This document shows, one piece after another, positions 49,830 to 63,932 of a stretch of DNA of 64,000 bases; position 1 is the first letter of the stretch, and the number at the start of each line of letters is the position of its first letter. The notes beneath the pieces were generated by a model, which was given only the letters and a program-made list of their open reading frames with translations, was not told where the DNA came from and did no database searches. This DNA comes from Octopus sinensis (lineage: Eukaryota): contig NC_043003.1 in the NCBI RefSeq assembly GCF_006345805.1, positions 99,200,001 to 99,264,000 on the forward strand, written 5' to 3'. The translations under genes were made by a program, and so were the position numbers.

Positions 49830-52800
49830 CATATGCCTATATATATATATGTATATATATACGTATATACTTACATACATATTTATGTATATGCGTATAT
49901 ATATATGTGGGTGGGTGTATACATATACATACATACATACATATATACATACGTACGTACCTACGTACATACATGCGTACATACATACATATGTAATGCG
50001 GGTACGCGTGCATGTGTGAATATTCCTACGAGTATTTGGTGTGTTTATGGAAATAAATTGCAAAACCAAGTCAACTTCTATTTAGCAAACAAACTGGAAA
50101 CGAAGTGAGGCAGAAACTGTCATCTCCCTCTCTAGATATATATATGATTTACTGTTGTTCTAAGTCGCCGTTCTGAATGTTATCAAACATCAAATGAACT
50201 CGACGAAGCTAACAGGTCTTTCAGTTTTCTCTTCTCTAAAATTCCCATGGAGATTTTTTACTGATCGCGAGACCAGACGATATCATCACGTCGATTTTTT
50301 GTTTTTCCGTAAATGCCTCGTCCCTAAACGAAATAAAAGAAATGCAATAGACAACAATAACAGCAACAAAAAGTAGCTGTAACAAGGACGGTAACTCAAG
50401 ATCAAAATGTATAACAGTAAACATATCTATGTATATGTTTCACCTTCCTTTCTTTCTTTCCTTTATTTTTTTTTCTTGCCATTTTCCCTATTTATTTGTT
50501 TGTTGATGTATTCCACTGTACGTATTTGTGACCTTGACACAATGTAAATCGGAGACAATTGTAGTAGTAACAAAGTACCAAGAACAACAACAGCAACAAT
50601 TAGAGCAACAGCAGTAACAGCAGCAGCAGCAGTTGCACCAGAAGCAGTAACAATGATAACAGTCTACAGCAGTGGTGGTGGTGGTGGTGGTGGTGGTTTT
50701 GGTAGTAGTTGAAAATGACTGCGTTATCAAAAGAAAGGTCAGCACCGGCAGGAAAATGAGCAGCAACAGCAACGCCAGCAACAGCGACAGTAATACCAAA
50801 AAGCCGCAGCAGCACCACCAGCAGCAAGGGAAACAATTGTAACATCTAGTTCAGGGTTTCTCATACAGCGCCGGGTCAGACCCCACCCTATTCCTCCCTC
50901 TTCAAAGGCCGCCTTTGAGATTAAAACTGGGACGAAAAAAATTGCTACGTTTAATAAAATTAAAATATTTTTAAAGCTTTTTAAACTTCGCCAACTCCAT
51001 ATCAAAGACTGATGAATTCTACGAAAGCAAGCCCTATTTTGGCGGGTAAGGATAAAAAAGAACGGTTCTCTGGGGCAAGTGTTTTTTACTATAGTCCTGA
51101 GCCGATCAGAGATTAGCGAGTATATTTGGCAGGCGGAAACTGAAAGAAGCCCATCCTATACATACACACACGTATAAATATGTGATCTTATCTCTCTCTC
51201 TCTCTCTCCCACTGCCGCTTGACAACCGGTGTTGGTGTGTTTACATCCACGTGACTTAGCGGTTCGGCAAAGAAAAACGTTATGATATGTGTTGGACTTT
51301 AAATATAAGTTATGGGGTCGATTTGTTCGACGAAAAGCCTTTGGGGTCGGTGCTCCAACACGACCGCAGTTCAATGCCTGGAACAAGTTTGTCAATTTGA
51401 CAACCATTGATCCACTCAATGAGGATGCAGCCTCGTGAAAATAAAATGGTACTTTATTGGTATAAATGACGCTTGTGGTTTTTTTATAAATCTAGACAAG
51501 TGGTGTTTACAAAGGGTTTTTTTTTCCTCTTTCTGAAATCAATGTAGGTTTGACGTGTGGTGTTTGGGTTAGGTGCGAATGATGCTTGGTGAGGGAGCAT
51601 TGAGGAAGAATGAAAGGTCATGACCATCTGCACATTACAGTGCGTTGTTGGATGCAGCAGCAAATATGTCATTGACATATAGAAAGAAAAACGTGGCAGG
51701 GACAAAACTGATCAAAACCTTGGGAAACACCAGAGTTCATGTAGAGCGGAGAAGAAAGAACAGTACCTGCAGATGTTGCAATAGTACATTATGAGTCCAT
51801 CTCCTGCTCGTTAATCTTTGATATTCATTCCTCCGTTTTCAATAAAATAAAGTACTTGTCACGTACTAGGGTCGATATAACTGACAACTCTTTCCCCTTA
51901 AAATTTCTGCCCTTATGCTTAAATTAGAAACACTCGGTGTTTGATTAACAGAACCGGTAGAGCACCGGAAAAAAATGTTTGTAATATTTCTTCCGAAGCC
52001 CGATAAGTAAAAGAAAATAAAAGACAACCCATATTTTAGCATGTATGGGTTGGAATTAACGGGGCCGTCGAATTAGTGTTTTAAAAATTTCTGTCTCTAT
52101 TCAAAACCCGCCGCGTTCAACTATGCCTTTCATCCTTTCAGGGTCGAGAAAATAAAGTACGACTCCAATGCAATCGATTGTCCTCATCTCCTAAAATCGC
52201 TGACCCTGGGCCAACTCCTATTTTAAGCTATAAACCGAATGTACACCATCCCCATCTTTTCCACCTCAGTTATAAAGTATTGATCGTGTACAGAAGTAAG
52301 AAATCGATGAGAGAGATTGGTAAAGCAGTATTTCGTTACGGCCCTTTATTATTTAAGTTCAAATCCCACCAATATCAGCTTTACCTTTCATCATTCCGGG
52401 TTTGACAAAATAAAGTACCATTTAAGCATTGTGTACAAACGTTACCTTCCCCTAAATTGTGGGGCCTTGTGCCAAAGTTAGAAATCAGTATTGTGTTATT
52501 CCTGTTGCTTCACTCAAAGTAAGTCCTAGTTTAACCTTTTAGCATTCAGATTACTCTATTAAATGCAATGCTTTGAATGAATGATTCTCATAGCATTCAG
52601 ATTTTTATTTTTAGCATGACATGGCAGGATAGATGTTGTGAGATAGATGTCTGGTCAGTTTGAACATATAACAGGTAGAATCATTTGGACCTGATATGGT
52701 CGGTTCAAACGCTAAAGGATTAATAGATGTAGTATCAAAGTCATTCCACATGTGACACTTCTGTCTTTTGGGAGGTTTTGTTTTCTAGAAACATGTAGGA

Positions 52801-54029
52801 TTCCTTTGTAATCTATCTCTCTGTAATTTAAGGGAGTTTTGACTGCTGTTCCTAGAAATCAATACGATTATACGTATAATGGTTTCAAATTTCGGGTCAA
52901 GGTCTGTAAGTTCGAGGGAAGGGTAAGTCGGTTTGATCGACCCCAGTACTTAACTGGTACTTATTTTATCGACCCCAAAAGGATAAAAGCCAAAGTCAAG
53001 CTCGGTGGCATATTATGTCAGTAACATAATAACACCGGGAGAGCATCAGACACAATATTTTTCTCTAGTTGTGTCAAGTCTCGCCGAGAGCAGTTCCCTC
53101 TTTCTCTCTCCTCGTGTTTCTCCCACTTTCTCTTCCTCTCTCTCTCTCTCTCTCTCTCTGCCTTCATCTTCCCTTCCCTCTATCCCTCTCTCTCTCCTCC
53201 TCTATCCCTCCCCCTTGCTCATTCCGTCTCTTCTCGCCTCTCACTTTCTTCACTCTCTCTCTCTCTCTCTCTATCTTTCTCCATCATCTCCCTTTCTCGC
53301 CCTCCTCTTTCCCGCTTTCTATTTCTCTCTTTCTCTATTTTTCTCTCAGCTTTCCATAATCGATAATATATATATATATATTGGCATCGATTCAGTCTAT
53401 TCCATATAAATTCGCCCATTCTTACACTATTCGTCCTAGTTTCTAATCAAACAAACCATTATTATTATCTGCTTCTCCAATTCTTTTGTTTTGTTTTTTG
53501 TTTTCTGTCACTATTCTTGATGATATTAATGATGATGATCACGACGATGATGAGGATGATGATGATGATGATGATGTTATTGACATTGTTGTTTGTTATT
53601 GTCCTTGCCATTGTCGTCGTCGTCCTTTTCTTCGCCCTTGTTATTGGATGTCGTCATTGCTCTCGTAGCTGTTGTTAATAGCTTCACTTTTGCTATGAAT
53701 TCCCATAAAAATCCTTTAAAGAAAGAAAAAAAAAAGTTTATCAAAAAACGAAAAAAAAACAAACAAACTAACCGGCCTATGGGACCTGTAAAACCTTGAA
53801 CTTAAATTGTTCCACTCGATGCACTTTAACTGGAGTTGTAGACGCCATTGTTGTCTAAAGCTTTAGTCAATAAGAAGCCACGAAGATAGTAAACACTAAT
53901 ATAACAACAATGTTGACATCATTAATAACTAAAACAACAGTAAATAAAAAAATAAACAGAAAGAAACCGTAAAAATACTACGAAATAAACAAATCACTGC
54001 GCAACTGATACGAAAATACTGGAACCGCT

Positions 54030-54560
54030 CCATGTACTATTGTACATTATATTACACTACGTATCACAATATGCACGTTACTATACCGCATTACACTTCA
54101 TTACAATATATTGCACTACTCTATTCTGAATTAGACAACACTACATATATAATATACTATATTAGAGCACACTACAATATACTACTCTATATTATATACT
54201 ACACTGTATTATACTATATTTTTGTATATTACAATATACTACATTACACCAGCTGTATTAGACAATACTTCAATCTATAACACTATACTATATTAGACTA
54301 CACTATACTATATTAGACTGCACAACAATATATAACATTACACTATATTAGACTACAATATACTTTATTAGACAACACAACAATATATAACATACTATAA
54401 TACTCTACACTATACTATATTATAATACATTAGAGTACACTACACTGCAATATACCACACTACCTTATACTATATTAGACTAAACAGCATAATACTATAG
54501 TACACTACCCTACACTATAACACTAAATAATATATCGCTCAATAACACTACGCAGCATCA
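54030..54560. repeat. Degenerate (ACTAT/ACTAC) pentamer-like satellite
   Basis: Repeating CACTATACTATATTAGACTA; a similar tract lies at 36830-37040. Confidence 0.75.
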
Positions 54561-54929
54561 TACTATGTTACGCTCGCTATTCATCCCGACTATGTTACGC
54601 TACACTTCCCGATTATTTTCATGCAGCAGTTGTCCTAGTTATTTTTCCTGTTCATTCAGGAAATTTGTAGTACTGTGTCCATTCACAAATATGTTACTTC
54701 TCGAAAAATAACGCTTACACTACGATTCACTGGAAAGTTTTAATAAGATAGAAACGTGATTAAAGTCGTCGCCATAATGCTAAAGATGAGTCTCATTCAG
54801 CATAGCATACCCTGTTTAATTAATGTTAATTAACTAAAATTAATTGAAGCCAAAATTTCATTATAATCTTGAATTTTCTTTTCTCTTTTATCCTTTCTCA
54901 TCACTAAGAATTTGATTTTAATTATATCA

Positions 54930-55160
54930 GGGCGAGCTGGCAGAAACGTTAAAATACCGGGCGTAATGCCTAGCGGTATTTCGTCTGTCGTTACGTTCTG
55001 AGTTCAAATTCCGCCGAGGTCGACTTTGCCTTTCATCCTTTCGGGGTCGATTAAATAAATACCCATCAAATCACTGGGGGTCGATATAATCGACTTAATC
55101 CCCTTGTCTGTCCTTGTTTGTCCCCTCTATGTTTAGCCCCCTGTGTGCAATAAAGAAATA
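54930..55160 (+). mobile_element. SINE type B with 14-bp TSD
   Basis: AATTATATCAGGGC at 54920-54933 and 55161-55174. Confidence 0.9.
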
Positions 55161-55288
55161 AATTATATCAGGGCTTATTACATTATGTATATTTGCACCT
55201 ACTTTACTATTAAGCTTTTAAAGCAGTTGGTGTGCCTAGGTTTTCTCCCCTTGCCCACCATTAAATTAGCCTTCTTATATTATCTATG

Positions 55289-55585
55289 TGGAGGCGCAAT
55301 GGCCTAGTGGTTAGGGCAGCGGACTCGCGGTCGCAGGATCGCGGTTTCGATTCCCAGACCGGGCGTTGTGAGTGTTTATTGAGCGAAAACACCTAAAAGC
55401 TTCACGAGGCTCCGGCAGGTGGTGGTGATCCCTGCTGTGCTGTACTCTTCATCACTCTTTCTTCTGTTGGCCTGCTCGCTTAGCCAGCGGGGTGGCGTCA
55501 TTCAAAGGCTAAAACAATGCGAAAGCATTGTGACCAGCGATGTGTAACAACATCTGATGGTCTGGTCGGTCACGTGATCACGTGA
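55289..55585 (+). mobile_element. SINE type C head with alternative tail, 11-bp TSD
   Basis: ATATTATCTAT on both flanks; tail GCCAGCGGGGTGGCGTCATT...GGTCGGTCACG. Confidence 0.85.
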
Positions 55586-55894
55586 TATTATCTATACCAT
55601 TCTGCTTTTTCCTGTTGTCTGGCTGTTTTGTCCGTGTATTACGTCAAAGAGGGTAAACAACTCGAATAGAGAAAGATATCTAGAGTGAGTGAGGAGGGGG
55701 AGACAAGGGGAGCGGAGGTGAGACTGAGAGAGAGAGAGAGGGAAATAGTGGAATCAGTGACAAAAAATATGAAGGGAATACACGAAAGAGAGTAAACGGC
55801 AGAAGGTCTATATCTGTGTGTTCAAATCGCAGGCACGGTTGAAACGTATAACATAATGAGACAATGCCATGATCTATAAATTTATGCATTAAAA

Positions 55895-56218
55895 GTGAGG
55901 GCGCGTGGCTTAGTGGTTAGGGCATTCGGCTCATGATCGTAAGGTTGTGAGTTCGATTCCCGGCGACGCGTTGTGTCCTTGAGCAAGACACTTTATTTCA
56001 CGTTGCTCCAGTCCACTCAGCTGGCAACAATGAGTTGTACTTGTATTTCAAAGGGTCAGCCTTGTCACTCTCTGTGTCACGCTGATTATCCCCGAGAACT
56101 ACATTAAGGGTACACGTGTCTGTGGAATGCTCAGCCATTTGCACGTAAATTTCACGAGCAAGCTGTTCCGTTGGTCGTATCAGCTGGGACCCTCGTCGTC
56201 GTAACCGGCGGAGTCTTT
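55895..56218 (+). mobile_element. SINE with CORE-like body and RTE-like tail, 13-bp TSD
   Basis: TGGCTTAGTGGTTAGGG...GAGTTCGATTCCC...GTGTCCTTGAGCAAGACACTT; tail as in 27560-27722; TATGCATTAAAAG flanks. Confidence 0.85.
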
Positions 56219-56587
56219 AAGGTATGCATTAAAAGATACATCGATGGCTCGGAAATTAAGGTGAAATACCTTTAGATAGCAAATGGTTGAGTGTTACACT
56301 TTTATCTTTCATATGTTCCAGACCAAAGGTTGAGGCCATGCTGGAGCACCACCATTATTCATTTTTGTCTTTCAATTAGGTTTAAATGCTTATTGGTACT
56401 ATGAGAGTAGATAGATGTATACATCGGCAGAAGGGAAAGTAGATTTGATACTTAATTAGACAGACAGACAGATAGACAAAACTGACAGACAAACAGCCAA
56501 ACAGACCGACATACAAACAGACAGACAGACAGGTAGGTAGGTAGGTAGGTAGGTTAGGCTGCAGATATATCAATAGGTATGCAGAGA

Positions 56588-56822
56588 AAGGCGGCGAGCT
56601 GACAGAAACGTTAAAACGCCGGGCGAAATGCTTAGCGGTATTTCGTCTGCCGCTACGTTCTGAGTTCAAATTCCTCCGAGGTTAACTTTGCCTTTCATCC
56701 TTTCGGGGTCGATTAAATAATTACCAGTTAGGCACTGGGGTCGATGTAATCGACTTAATCCGTTTTGTCTGTCCTTGTTTGTCCTCTCTGTGTTTAGCCC
56801 CTTGTGGGTAGTAAAGAAATAT
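56588..56822 (+). mobile_element. SINE type B with 11-bp TSD
   Basis: GTATGCAGAGA on both flanks. Confidence 0.9.
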
Positions 56823-56842
56823 GTATGCAGAGACAGAGAGAC

Positions 56843-56874
<32 letters not shown>

Positions 56875-57210
56875 TTAACAGATATACAAATCGATAGCTA
56901 AACTGAAATGAAATTTTACATTTAAAAGTACAGTTTTGATCAAGTGGCAGGATTTCAAAAGTACTATCTGAAATAACTTGTTTGTGTTTTATATAATAAC
57001 AATGTTTTCAAATATGTTGACTTACACTGTGGAATTTCTACGAGTTTCTAGTACAACATTATACTATACTGCGAACTAGCAGGATTCCTCTCTGTGACAA
57101 CTCACTCTGCTAGAAAGTGCAGCCAAATTTTCCCAAGAAAATTGGAGAATACGTTGCGTAACATAGTCTTACATATACTGGAACGATGATAGCCGGAGTG
57201 TATTCCGTCA

Positions 57211-57598
57211 TCTCTGTATATATAAAGCTGAAGTTGTCTGTGTATGGCAGGTTTGGTAGCCTTCAACTAACACTATCTCCTCCGAGACCCTGCGGCGCAA
57301 GTTGACTAAAATTGAGAGTACGATAGAAGGTTTGCTCTTCATTCCGTAGAAGAAAAAATTCAAATCGGACCATGTAACACCAAAACTTATTTACATCAAA
57401 AAGGTGCTCTTTTTCTATGAAAATCCCTATTTTTTACGATTTTTTGACTGCTGTGTCGCCATTTTTCGGTGTATTTCAACTAGAAAAATGTTCACTTAAA
57501 GAGAATAACAAGCTACATAATGCAAATTTTTTACTTTTCAAAAATTCCAATTCTAAAGGGTCGAAACAAACCTGAGCAACGTCGGGCGATACTGCTAG
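57211..57598 (+). mobile_element. Non-autonomous Helitron-like element
   Basis: A|TCTCTGTATATATAAAG 5' end; subterminal hairpin CCTGA-GCAACG-TCGGG; 3' CTAG|T. Confidence 0.8.
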
Positions 57599-58022
57599 TT
57601 CAGTGTTAAAGTGAAGCTAAACAGCAGCAACACAACACTACATTTTAGTACTAAGTTACGTTATTACACTATGTAGAGGTAAATCAGTGGAGAGGATATT
57701 ATATTTACATTGTTTTATTTTAAATCCAATTTAGAAACAATGGACGCCGATCAGAGACTTGCAAACGTGCGAGAGTAGCGAAGGAGTGTTCGTAACTCGA
57801 TAAGAAAAAATTTCTCAAAAGAAATTTGTAAACCAACGTTTTCCTCACCGATATGAGTCATCATTCAGCAGCGAACAAGAAAATATGTTCTGTTCCATTT
57901 TTCACACTCGCCAGACGACCGTAAATGAAAAAGCCCGAGGAAAGATATTATAGCCATAATCAGTTTTGATTTCTCCTTGTCTGTTCTCTGTCTCACTTAA
58001 AAATAATTTATTAATTCTTATA

Positions 58023-58445
58023 TATTTGTTAAAAAGGTAAATATAGGCGCAGGAGTGGCTGTGTGGTAAGTAGCTTGCTTACCAACCACATGGTTCCGGG
58101 TTCAGTCCCACTGCGTGGCACGTTGGGCAAGTGTCTTCTACTATAGCCTCGGGCCGACCAAAGCCTTGTGAGTGGATTTGGTAGACGGAAACTGAAAGAA
58201 GCCCGTCGTATATATGTATATATGTATGTATGTGTGTGTGTGTGTTTGTGTGTTTGTGTTCTGTGTTTGTCCCCCTAGCATTGCTTGACAACCGATGCTG
58301 GTGCGTTTATGTCCCCGTCACTTAGCGGCTCGGCAAAAGAGACCGATAGAATAAGTACTGGGCTTACAAAGAATAAGTCGAGTTGCTCGATTAAAGGTGT
58401 GCTCCAGCATGGCCACAGTCAAAATGACTGAAACAAGTAATAAAA
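58023..58445 (+). mobile_element. SINE type A, full length
   Basis: Head-microsatellite-tail match. Confidence 0.9.
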
Positions 58446-59866
58446 AAAAAATATTCAAAATATTTTACAGTACATCAGCTATTTTGTTACACAGGTGAGC
58501 TTTTATATGTAACAGATAAAATAATTTAATCATGTATATAGTATCATATATTCTATTATTATTGCTCTTTTAATGAACACCTCTTGTATTCATTTATGTC
58601 TAATGCTGTTTCGACTAGGCTTTCTTCTTTTTTTCCTGTCTTAGTGAGAAAAGAACTGTGTCATGGACCCTTTTTTTGGCTTCAATGACTACAGGAATAA
58701 GCTGTCCTAAGACCGGAAACCAAACCTGAATATTTGCAACAGAGTGTACTTTACTGAAGGCACCCAAGAACCAGGAGGTGGGAGAGGGATGAAGTCTACT
58801 ACTCAACAACAGGTTCTTTCCCTTTGACGGGATTCCGCACAGCCTGAGTCTCCTAAGCTTGACATTCAACGCTTTGATTGACCGAGAAAGAAAACAATTA
58901 CTTACTCAAGATACCACCCAGTAGGATAGAACCCGAAAACACGTCGTTAGGAAATGAACTTATTAACTACAGTCATGCAAGTCCCTATCTTTACGTATCA
59001 TCGTTCTGTGCCTGTTTGCTTGTATCATCTTCAAGTGCTGCCATTCTGAATATGAACATGTTATTGGGTTAGCTTTGAAATTGCTGACTAAGGGGACTTC
59101 AGCAATCTTGTTCGTTACACTACAGTTTCGGAGAATAGTAAACAAGAAAGTTTAAAACTTAAGAAACTTCATATTTGACAGTCAAAGATTCCTGGTGGCA
59201 TACCAGTCAATTACAAGACTTCCATAATGCAAATGAGGACGCCCCTACGTGGTCATTCCACTTGCTAGAAATAGCAGCTAAATTTTCGTCAGAAACAGCA
59301 GCTAAATTATCGTCATTTTGGATGGCTTCGTTGTTAAGGTGTTGGGCTCACAATCACAAGCTCTTGGGATCGATTGTTCTTCGTTTCTGTATCTGCAAAG
59401 TTTCTCTCCAAAGTGCAGGCCTAAGCAAAATTTTCTATTGTCTAATATCAGAAGCTGCTCGTACATACAAGTTTTCGCTCTCCATGCCACTGACGATGTC
59501 CAAAGGAAATGCAAGCCCCGACACAGCTTGGCGCCAGTATTGTCGCTGGCATTGCTGTCAGAATACAGTGTACCGCAATAGATATCACAAATCATCTTGT
59601 ACGACACTTTAACAGTTCCATCAATCTACCTCCCAAGCGGGACGTAGCGATTCTGAACCAATGCCCCGGGCCTTTCTATACCACGTTTTAACAACTCTAT
59701 TAATTTGTCACCTTGATATCTTTGGGCCATCTTTAGAAAGACAATTGTCCGTACTGAGAGAATATTGTGGATAATAAACGTGACATTATTGTTGTATTTT
59801 GTATGGGTCATACTGCCTATAAAAACACGCACGCTTATTATTGTTTCACTTCAGTTTTATTACTAA

Positions 59867-61012
59867 CTAGCAGCATAGCCCGGCGTTGCCCGGGTATGTA
59901 AGAGCCCCTAGTAGGCAACGACTAATCCCAAGCTAGTCCTTTCCCTCTAGGGAACGAAGGCGCATGTGTAGGTTGCAATGTCTTCTCTTCACTCCCAAAT
60001 AACTATCAAACAGCTATCGATAATTCAACCCAACCAATTCCTACCAGGAAGAAATTACATTCGAGACTTTACCCCCAACACCGCCACTTCTGCTAATAGC
60101 TGCTGCAGCCGCAAGTTATTCGAATACTTTTTTTGTTTAAACTTTCTTTATAACTACCACCCCAAACGTTTTACCTTAAATTTTTGACGTACCCTAACGG
60201 TCCTCGGATGCTACTTGCAAACTCTTGGTTTATGGTTTATTATAAACCGCTTTTGTCGTGTGCATCAAAAAACCTTTTCCATTCGTTTGCTCAGTTTGGT
60301 CACTTTTGACTTTTTTGTTGTTGTCACTCACATTGCTGCCCGCTTTTTTGCCGTTTTTGTACATTTTTATACATTTTGGGATACTTACCACACGTGTTCC
60401 GAGAGTTAAAAAGGTCGAGTTGCGTCCCCTAGACAGTCTGTGGTTTGTGTTTAATACATTTGCCACATATGATTTAATTAACCGATTTTTTCCAGTAATA
60501 AAGTATCCTATTGGAATAAAAAGGGCCATATAGCTCCTTGGAGCAGACATGATGCTCGCTGTGAATTTTTAAAAAATTCATGCCAATTTGTGAAAGATAT
60601 TGTCGAAAATATGACATCTTGAATTTGAACGCGATTTCCCAAAATGGCATGATTTTATCGATTTTTTTCTGATGGTAAGGTATTGCATGGAAAACTAACG
60701 TCAGAATTAAGTTCTTTAGGGTAACATTAAGCTTCACCATGGGTTTGGTGAAAATCGAATGCAAGTTGCGAAAACTACAACAGAAAATGTGTTGCATATA
60801 AAAAGCTTAGATTCTCGACCCCATGTCGAATTTATCGATTTGTTTCAGAACTGGGGGAACTTTTCAAAATTTTCGCTGCGTTAGTTTTGAATTATGACAT
60901 TGGGCTATGTGTGTGTCAAGTTTCATCAGAATCGGTTGAAAGCCGTGGTCAGGGTGAGGGTACAACCTGACAGACACACAGACAGACAAACTGCCGTTTA
61001 TATATAGAGAGA
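59867..61012 (-). mobile_element. Non-autonomous Helitron-like (DINE-1-style) element
   Basis: Minus strand A|TCTCTCTATATATAAACGGCAGTTTGTCTGTCTG...; 3' hairpin CCCGG-GCAACG-CCGGG; CTAG|T end. Confidence 0.85.
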
Positions 61013-61013
61013 T

Positions 61014-61254
61014 CAATTAGTTAATCAATTTCTATTGGTTAATCAATTAGTATGTCAAAGACCGTTTGTCACAGTCTGTAACCTTATCAATGACAATGTG
61101 TCTCTGTGAGATGAACAGTAAACATGTAATACATGCTGAGGATAAAGAGATTCTTGATGTGCAAATAATCTTTGATAAAGTCACAGACTGTGACGAAAGG
61201 CCTTTGCTAGACTAATCCATTAACCAGTATATCAATTGTTTAATTATCTAATTG
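61014..61254. mobile_element. MITE-like inverted repeat
   Basis: GGTTAAT..ATTAGT..TCAAAG..TGTCACAGTCTGT..CTTATCAA versus its reverse complement at ~61168-61225; ~90-nt spacer. Confidence 0.65.
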
Positions 61255-61849
61255 ATTGGTAATAATACAGAAGTGAAACATAAGCCCTCCGAAAATACAA
61301 TATCAGTTCAATACACGATTTCACACCAAGAATCTTGTAGAACAAATGCATATTCCAACAAACAATACATGGCCATCGAAGATAAGGCAATGTAATCAAA
61401 TTCTACTGTTCTAGATGTTTTTTGTAGTATCAGACAGAAATTTCACCAAAAAAAAAGTCAGACAAAAACTAGAAACAGAAATTGCAATCTAAAACATATA
61501 ATTCTAAATATCGAGAATGTATGAATGGAAGCCCAAATAATAATAAAACAAAAATACAAATTATAATGGGAGTCCTTGGAATAGTGAATCACGTAGGTAT
61601 GATAGACTCCCATGGGTGCTTCAGATTCAACAGTCTACTAAATCATGTCTTGCTAAATCATACGTAAACTAGGAATATAGCCAATCCCACGGTTACTCTC
61701 TCTCTCATTTGACACTTGAGAAACAAGTTACGGCGGGTTTTGGTGAGAACCAAGTAACTTGAAACAATGATAGATCATTGATAAAACTGAGAGAAAACAA
61801 ATTGAATAACAGCAGCAGTAACTACAACACTAACAATAGCAATCCCTTC

Positions 61850-63065
61850 TACTCTAGGCACAAGGCCTGGAATTTTGACTGGAGAGGGGCTAGTCGATTA
61901 CATCTGTACTCAACTGGTACTTATTTCGTCTACCCCAGAAGAATGAAAGGCAAATCGACCTCGGTGGAATTTGACGGACGAAATGCCATTAAGCATTTTG
62001 TCCGGTATGCTAACGATTCTGCCAGTCCGTCGCCTTAATTCTGTCTAATTTTAGCACAAGATCCGAAATTTGAGAGATGGGAGCCAGTCGATTACTTCGA
62101 ATCTAGCGCTCAACTGATATTTATTTTATCGACCCCGAAAGGAGGAAAGAGAAAGACAAAGTCAACCTTGACTGCATTTGAACTCAGAACGTAAAACCGG
62201 AAGAAATGCCGCTAAGCGTATTTGCTCGGGGCACTAATAATACTTTCTAATATAGGCACAAGGCCTGAAATTTGTAGTCGATTACATTGTGGACTAGTCG
62301 ATTGTGGACTAGTCGATTACATCAACCCCAGTGTTCTACTAGTACTTAATTTATCGACCCTGAAAGGATGAAAGGCAAAGTCGACCTCGGCGGAATTTGA
62401 ACTCTGAACGTAGCGATGGGCGAAATGCCGCTAAGAATTTCGTCCAGCGTGCTAACGATTCTGCTAGCTCGCTGCCTTTTCGGCGTGCTGATAATGATAG
62501 TAATAATCCTCTTTTTCTATAGGTACAAGCCCGGAAATTTTGGGGTGAGAGGGGCTAACCGATTCTATCGACCCCGCTCAAAATGTTGTGTGGGGTGATA
62601 ACAGTTCTGCCAACTCGCCGGTTTTGCAACAAAATTTTAAATGATTTCAAACATAAGAACGATGCCTCATATTTTGGAAATGGGTTATTATCGGTTGTAT
62701 GTCCCTCATGTACTTGATGGATATTTATATGATCAACCATAGTAGGATGAGAGCCAAAGTCGATAATATCGGAGCTAGAACAGACGACAAATAGAAACAT
62801 AGCTAAATACTGCACATTACCGTTTTTAATCCATCCACACAATACACCCCACCCTTAAAAATATTGGTTTCAAATTCCTGCACAAGGCCAGAAACATTGG
62901 GAGAGAGGGTAAGTCGATCACATCGACCCCAGTGCTCAACTGGTACTTATTTTATCGATTCCGAAAGGATGAATGGCAAAGTCGATTTTAGTGTCATCTG
63001 AACTTTCAGCACATAAAGACAGACGAAATGCAGCTAAGTAAGAATTCTACCAGCTTGCCGCCTTT
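61850..63065 (-). mobile_element. Cluster of 4-5 diverged SINE-B-related copies
   Basis: Repeated GGCACAAGGCC...CGACCC.GAAAGGATGAAAGGCAAAGTCGAC motifs. Confidence 0.75.
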
Positions 63066-63203
63066 TCCAGCCCCTAAATGTATTAGTAATTATTTCTAAT
63101 TTAGGCACAAAACAAGGAACTTGTGGATGAGGGAGCAATTATGTTGATGCATGTATTTGATTAGAACTATATTTTATTGATATGAGTGAGAGAAAGAGTG
63201 TGT

Positions 63204-63237
<34 letters not shown>

Positions 63238-63517
63238 GTGTGTCTGTGTGTGTGTATACGTTAATATATTTATTTTCATATCCTCACATAAAACTGCACA
63301 CATATTTACGCACTTCCATATAGCTAGAAGAACAGCAGCTTATAAGCATTCAGGATGAGCGTACTCGCCAAGACATGTTGACATAGTGACACAGATAAAA
63401 CTTATATTATGGCGCAGACGTTCCATTGAAATGCAGTTTAGTTTTATCAGATCATATCACAACTATACAAATGGCTTGCACAGACATTGCACACGTGTAT
63501 ACAAGTATGTATACATG

Positions 63518-63580
<63 letters not shown>

Positions 63581-63582
<2 letters not shown>

Positions 63583-63840
63583 CAATAAGAGGCTTCCAAA
63601 TAGGAAAGTGTTTGCTAGAAAGAGCAGTAGAAATCTCAAAACAAACAACATTTTTAATTTTCATTCCTTTCGAGAATTTATCCTTTTTCTTGTTGTTTTT
63701 GAGATTTCTCTACTGCTCTTTCTAGCACAACGCTTTCTATTTGGAAGCTTCTTATTGTATTTCTATATGAATAATATATAGTCTAATGACTAATTCGTTT
63801 TTTGTGCTAGGCCACTGGTAATAATAATTATTATTACCTT
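63581..63840 (+). mobile_element. Fold-back element related to 47951-48330
   Basis: ~70-bp inverted arms (63581-63648/63688-63759) plus the same GTCTAATGACTAAT tail. Confidence 0.75.
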
Positions 63841-63846
63841 ATGTAT

Positions 63847-63893
<47 letters not shown>

Positions 63894-63932
63894 CACACAC
63901 ACACACACACACCACACCACACACACAACACC

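Noticed and set aside
50902-50920. TCAAAGG-CCG-CCTTTGA inverted pair resembling two TCF/LEF sites
   Set aside because: Too short to distinguish from chance without conservation or chromatin data
51005-51030. CTGATGA-ATTCTAC-GAAA; similar isolated CTGANGA hits at 1237, 9364, 20271, 27765, 41343, 41985 and 59492
   Set aside because: No pairable stems II/III/I in the required order
62555-62842. 95-aa minus-strand ORF in non-repetitive-looking DNA
   Set aside because: No recognisable motif or convincing splice sites; it overlaps a SINE remnant
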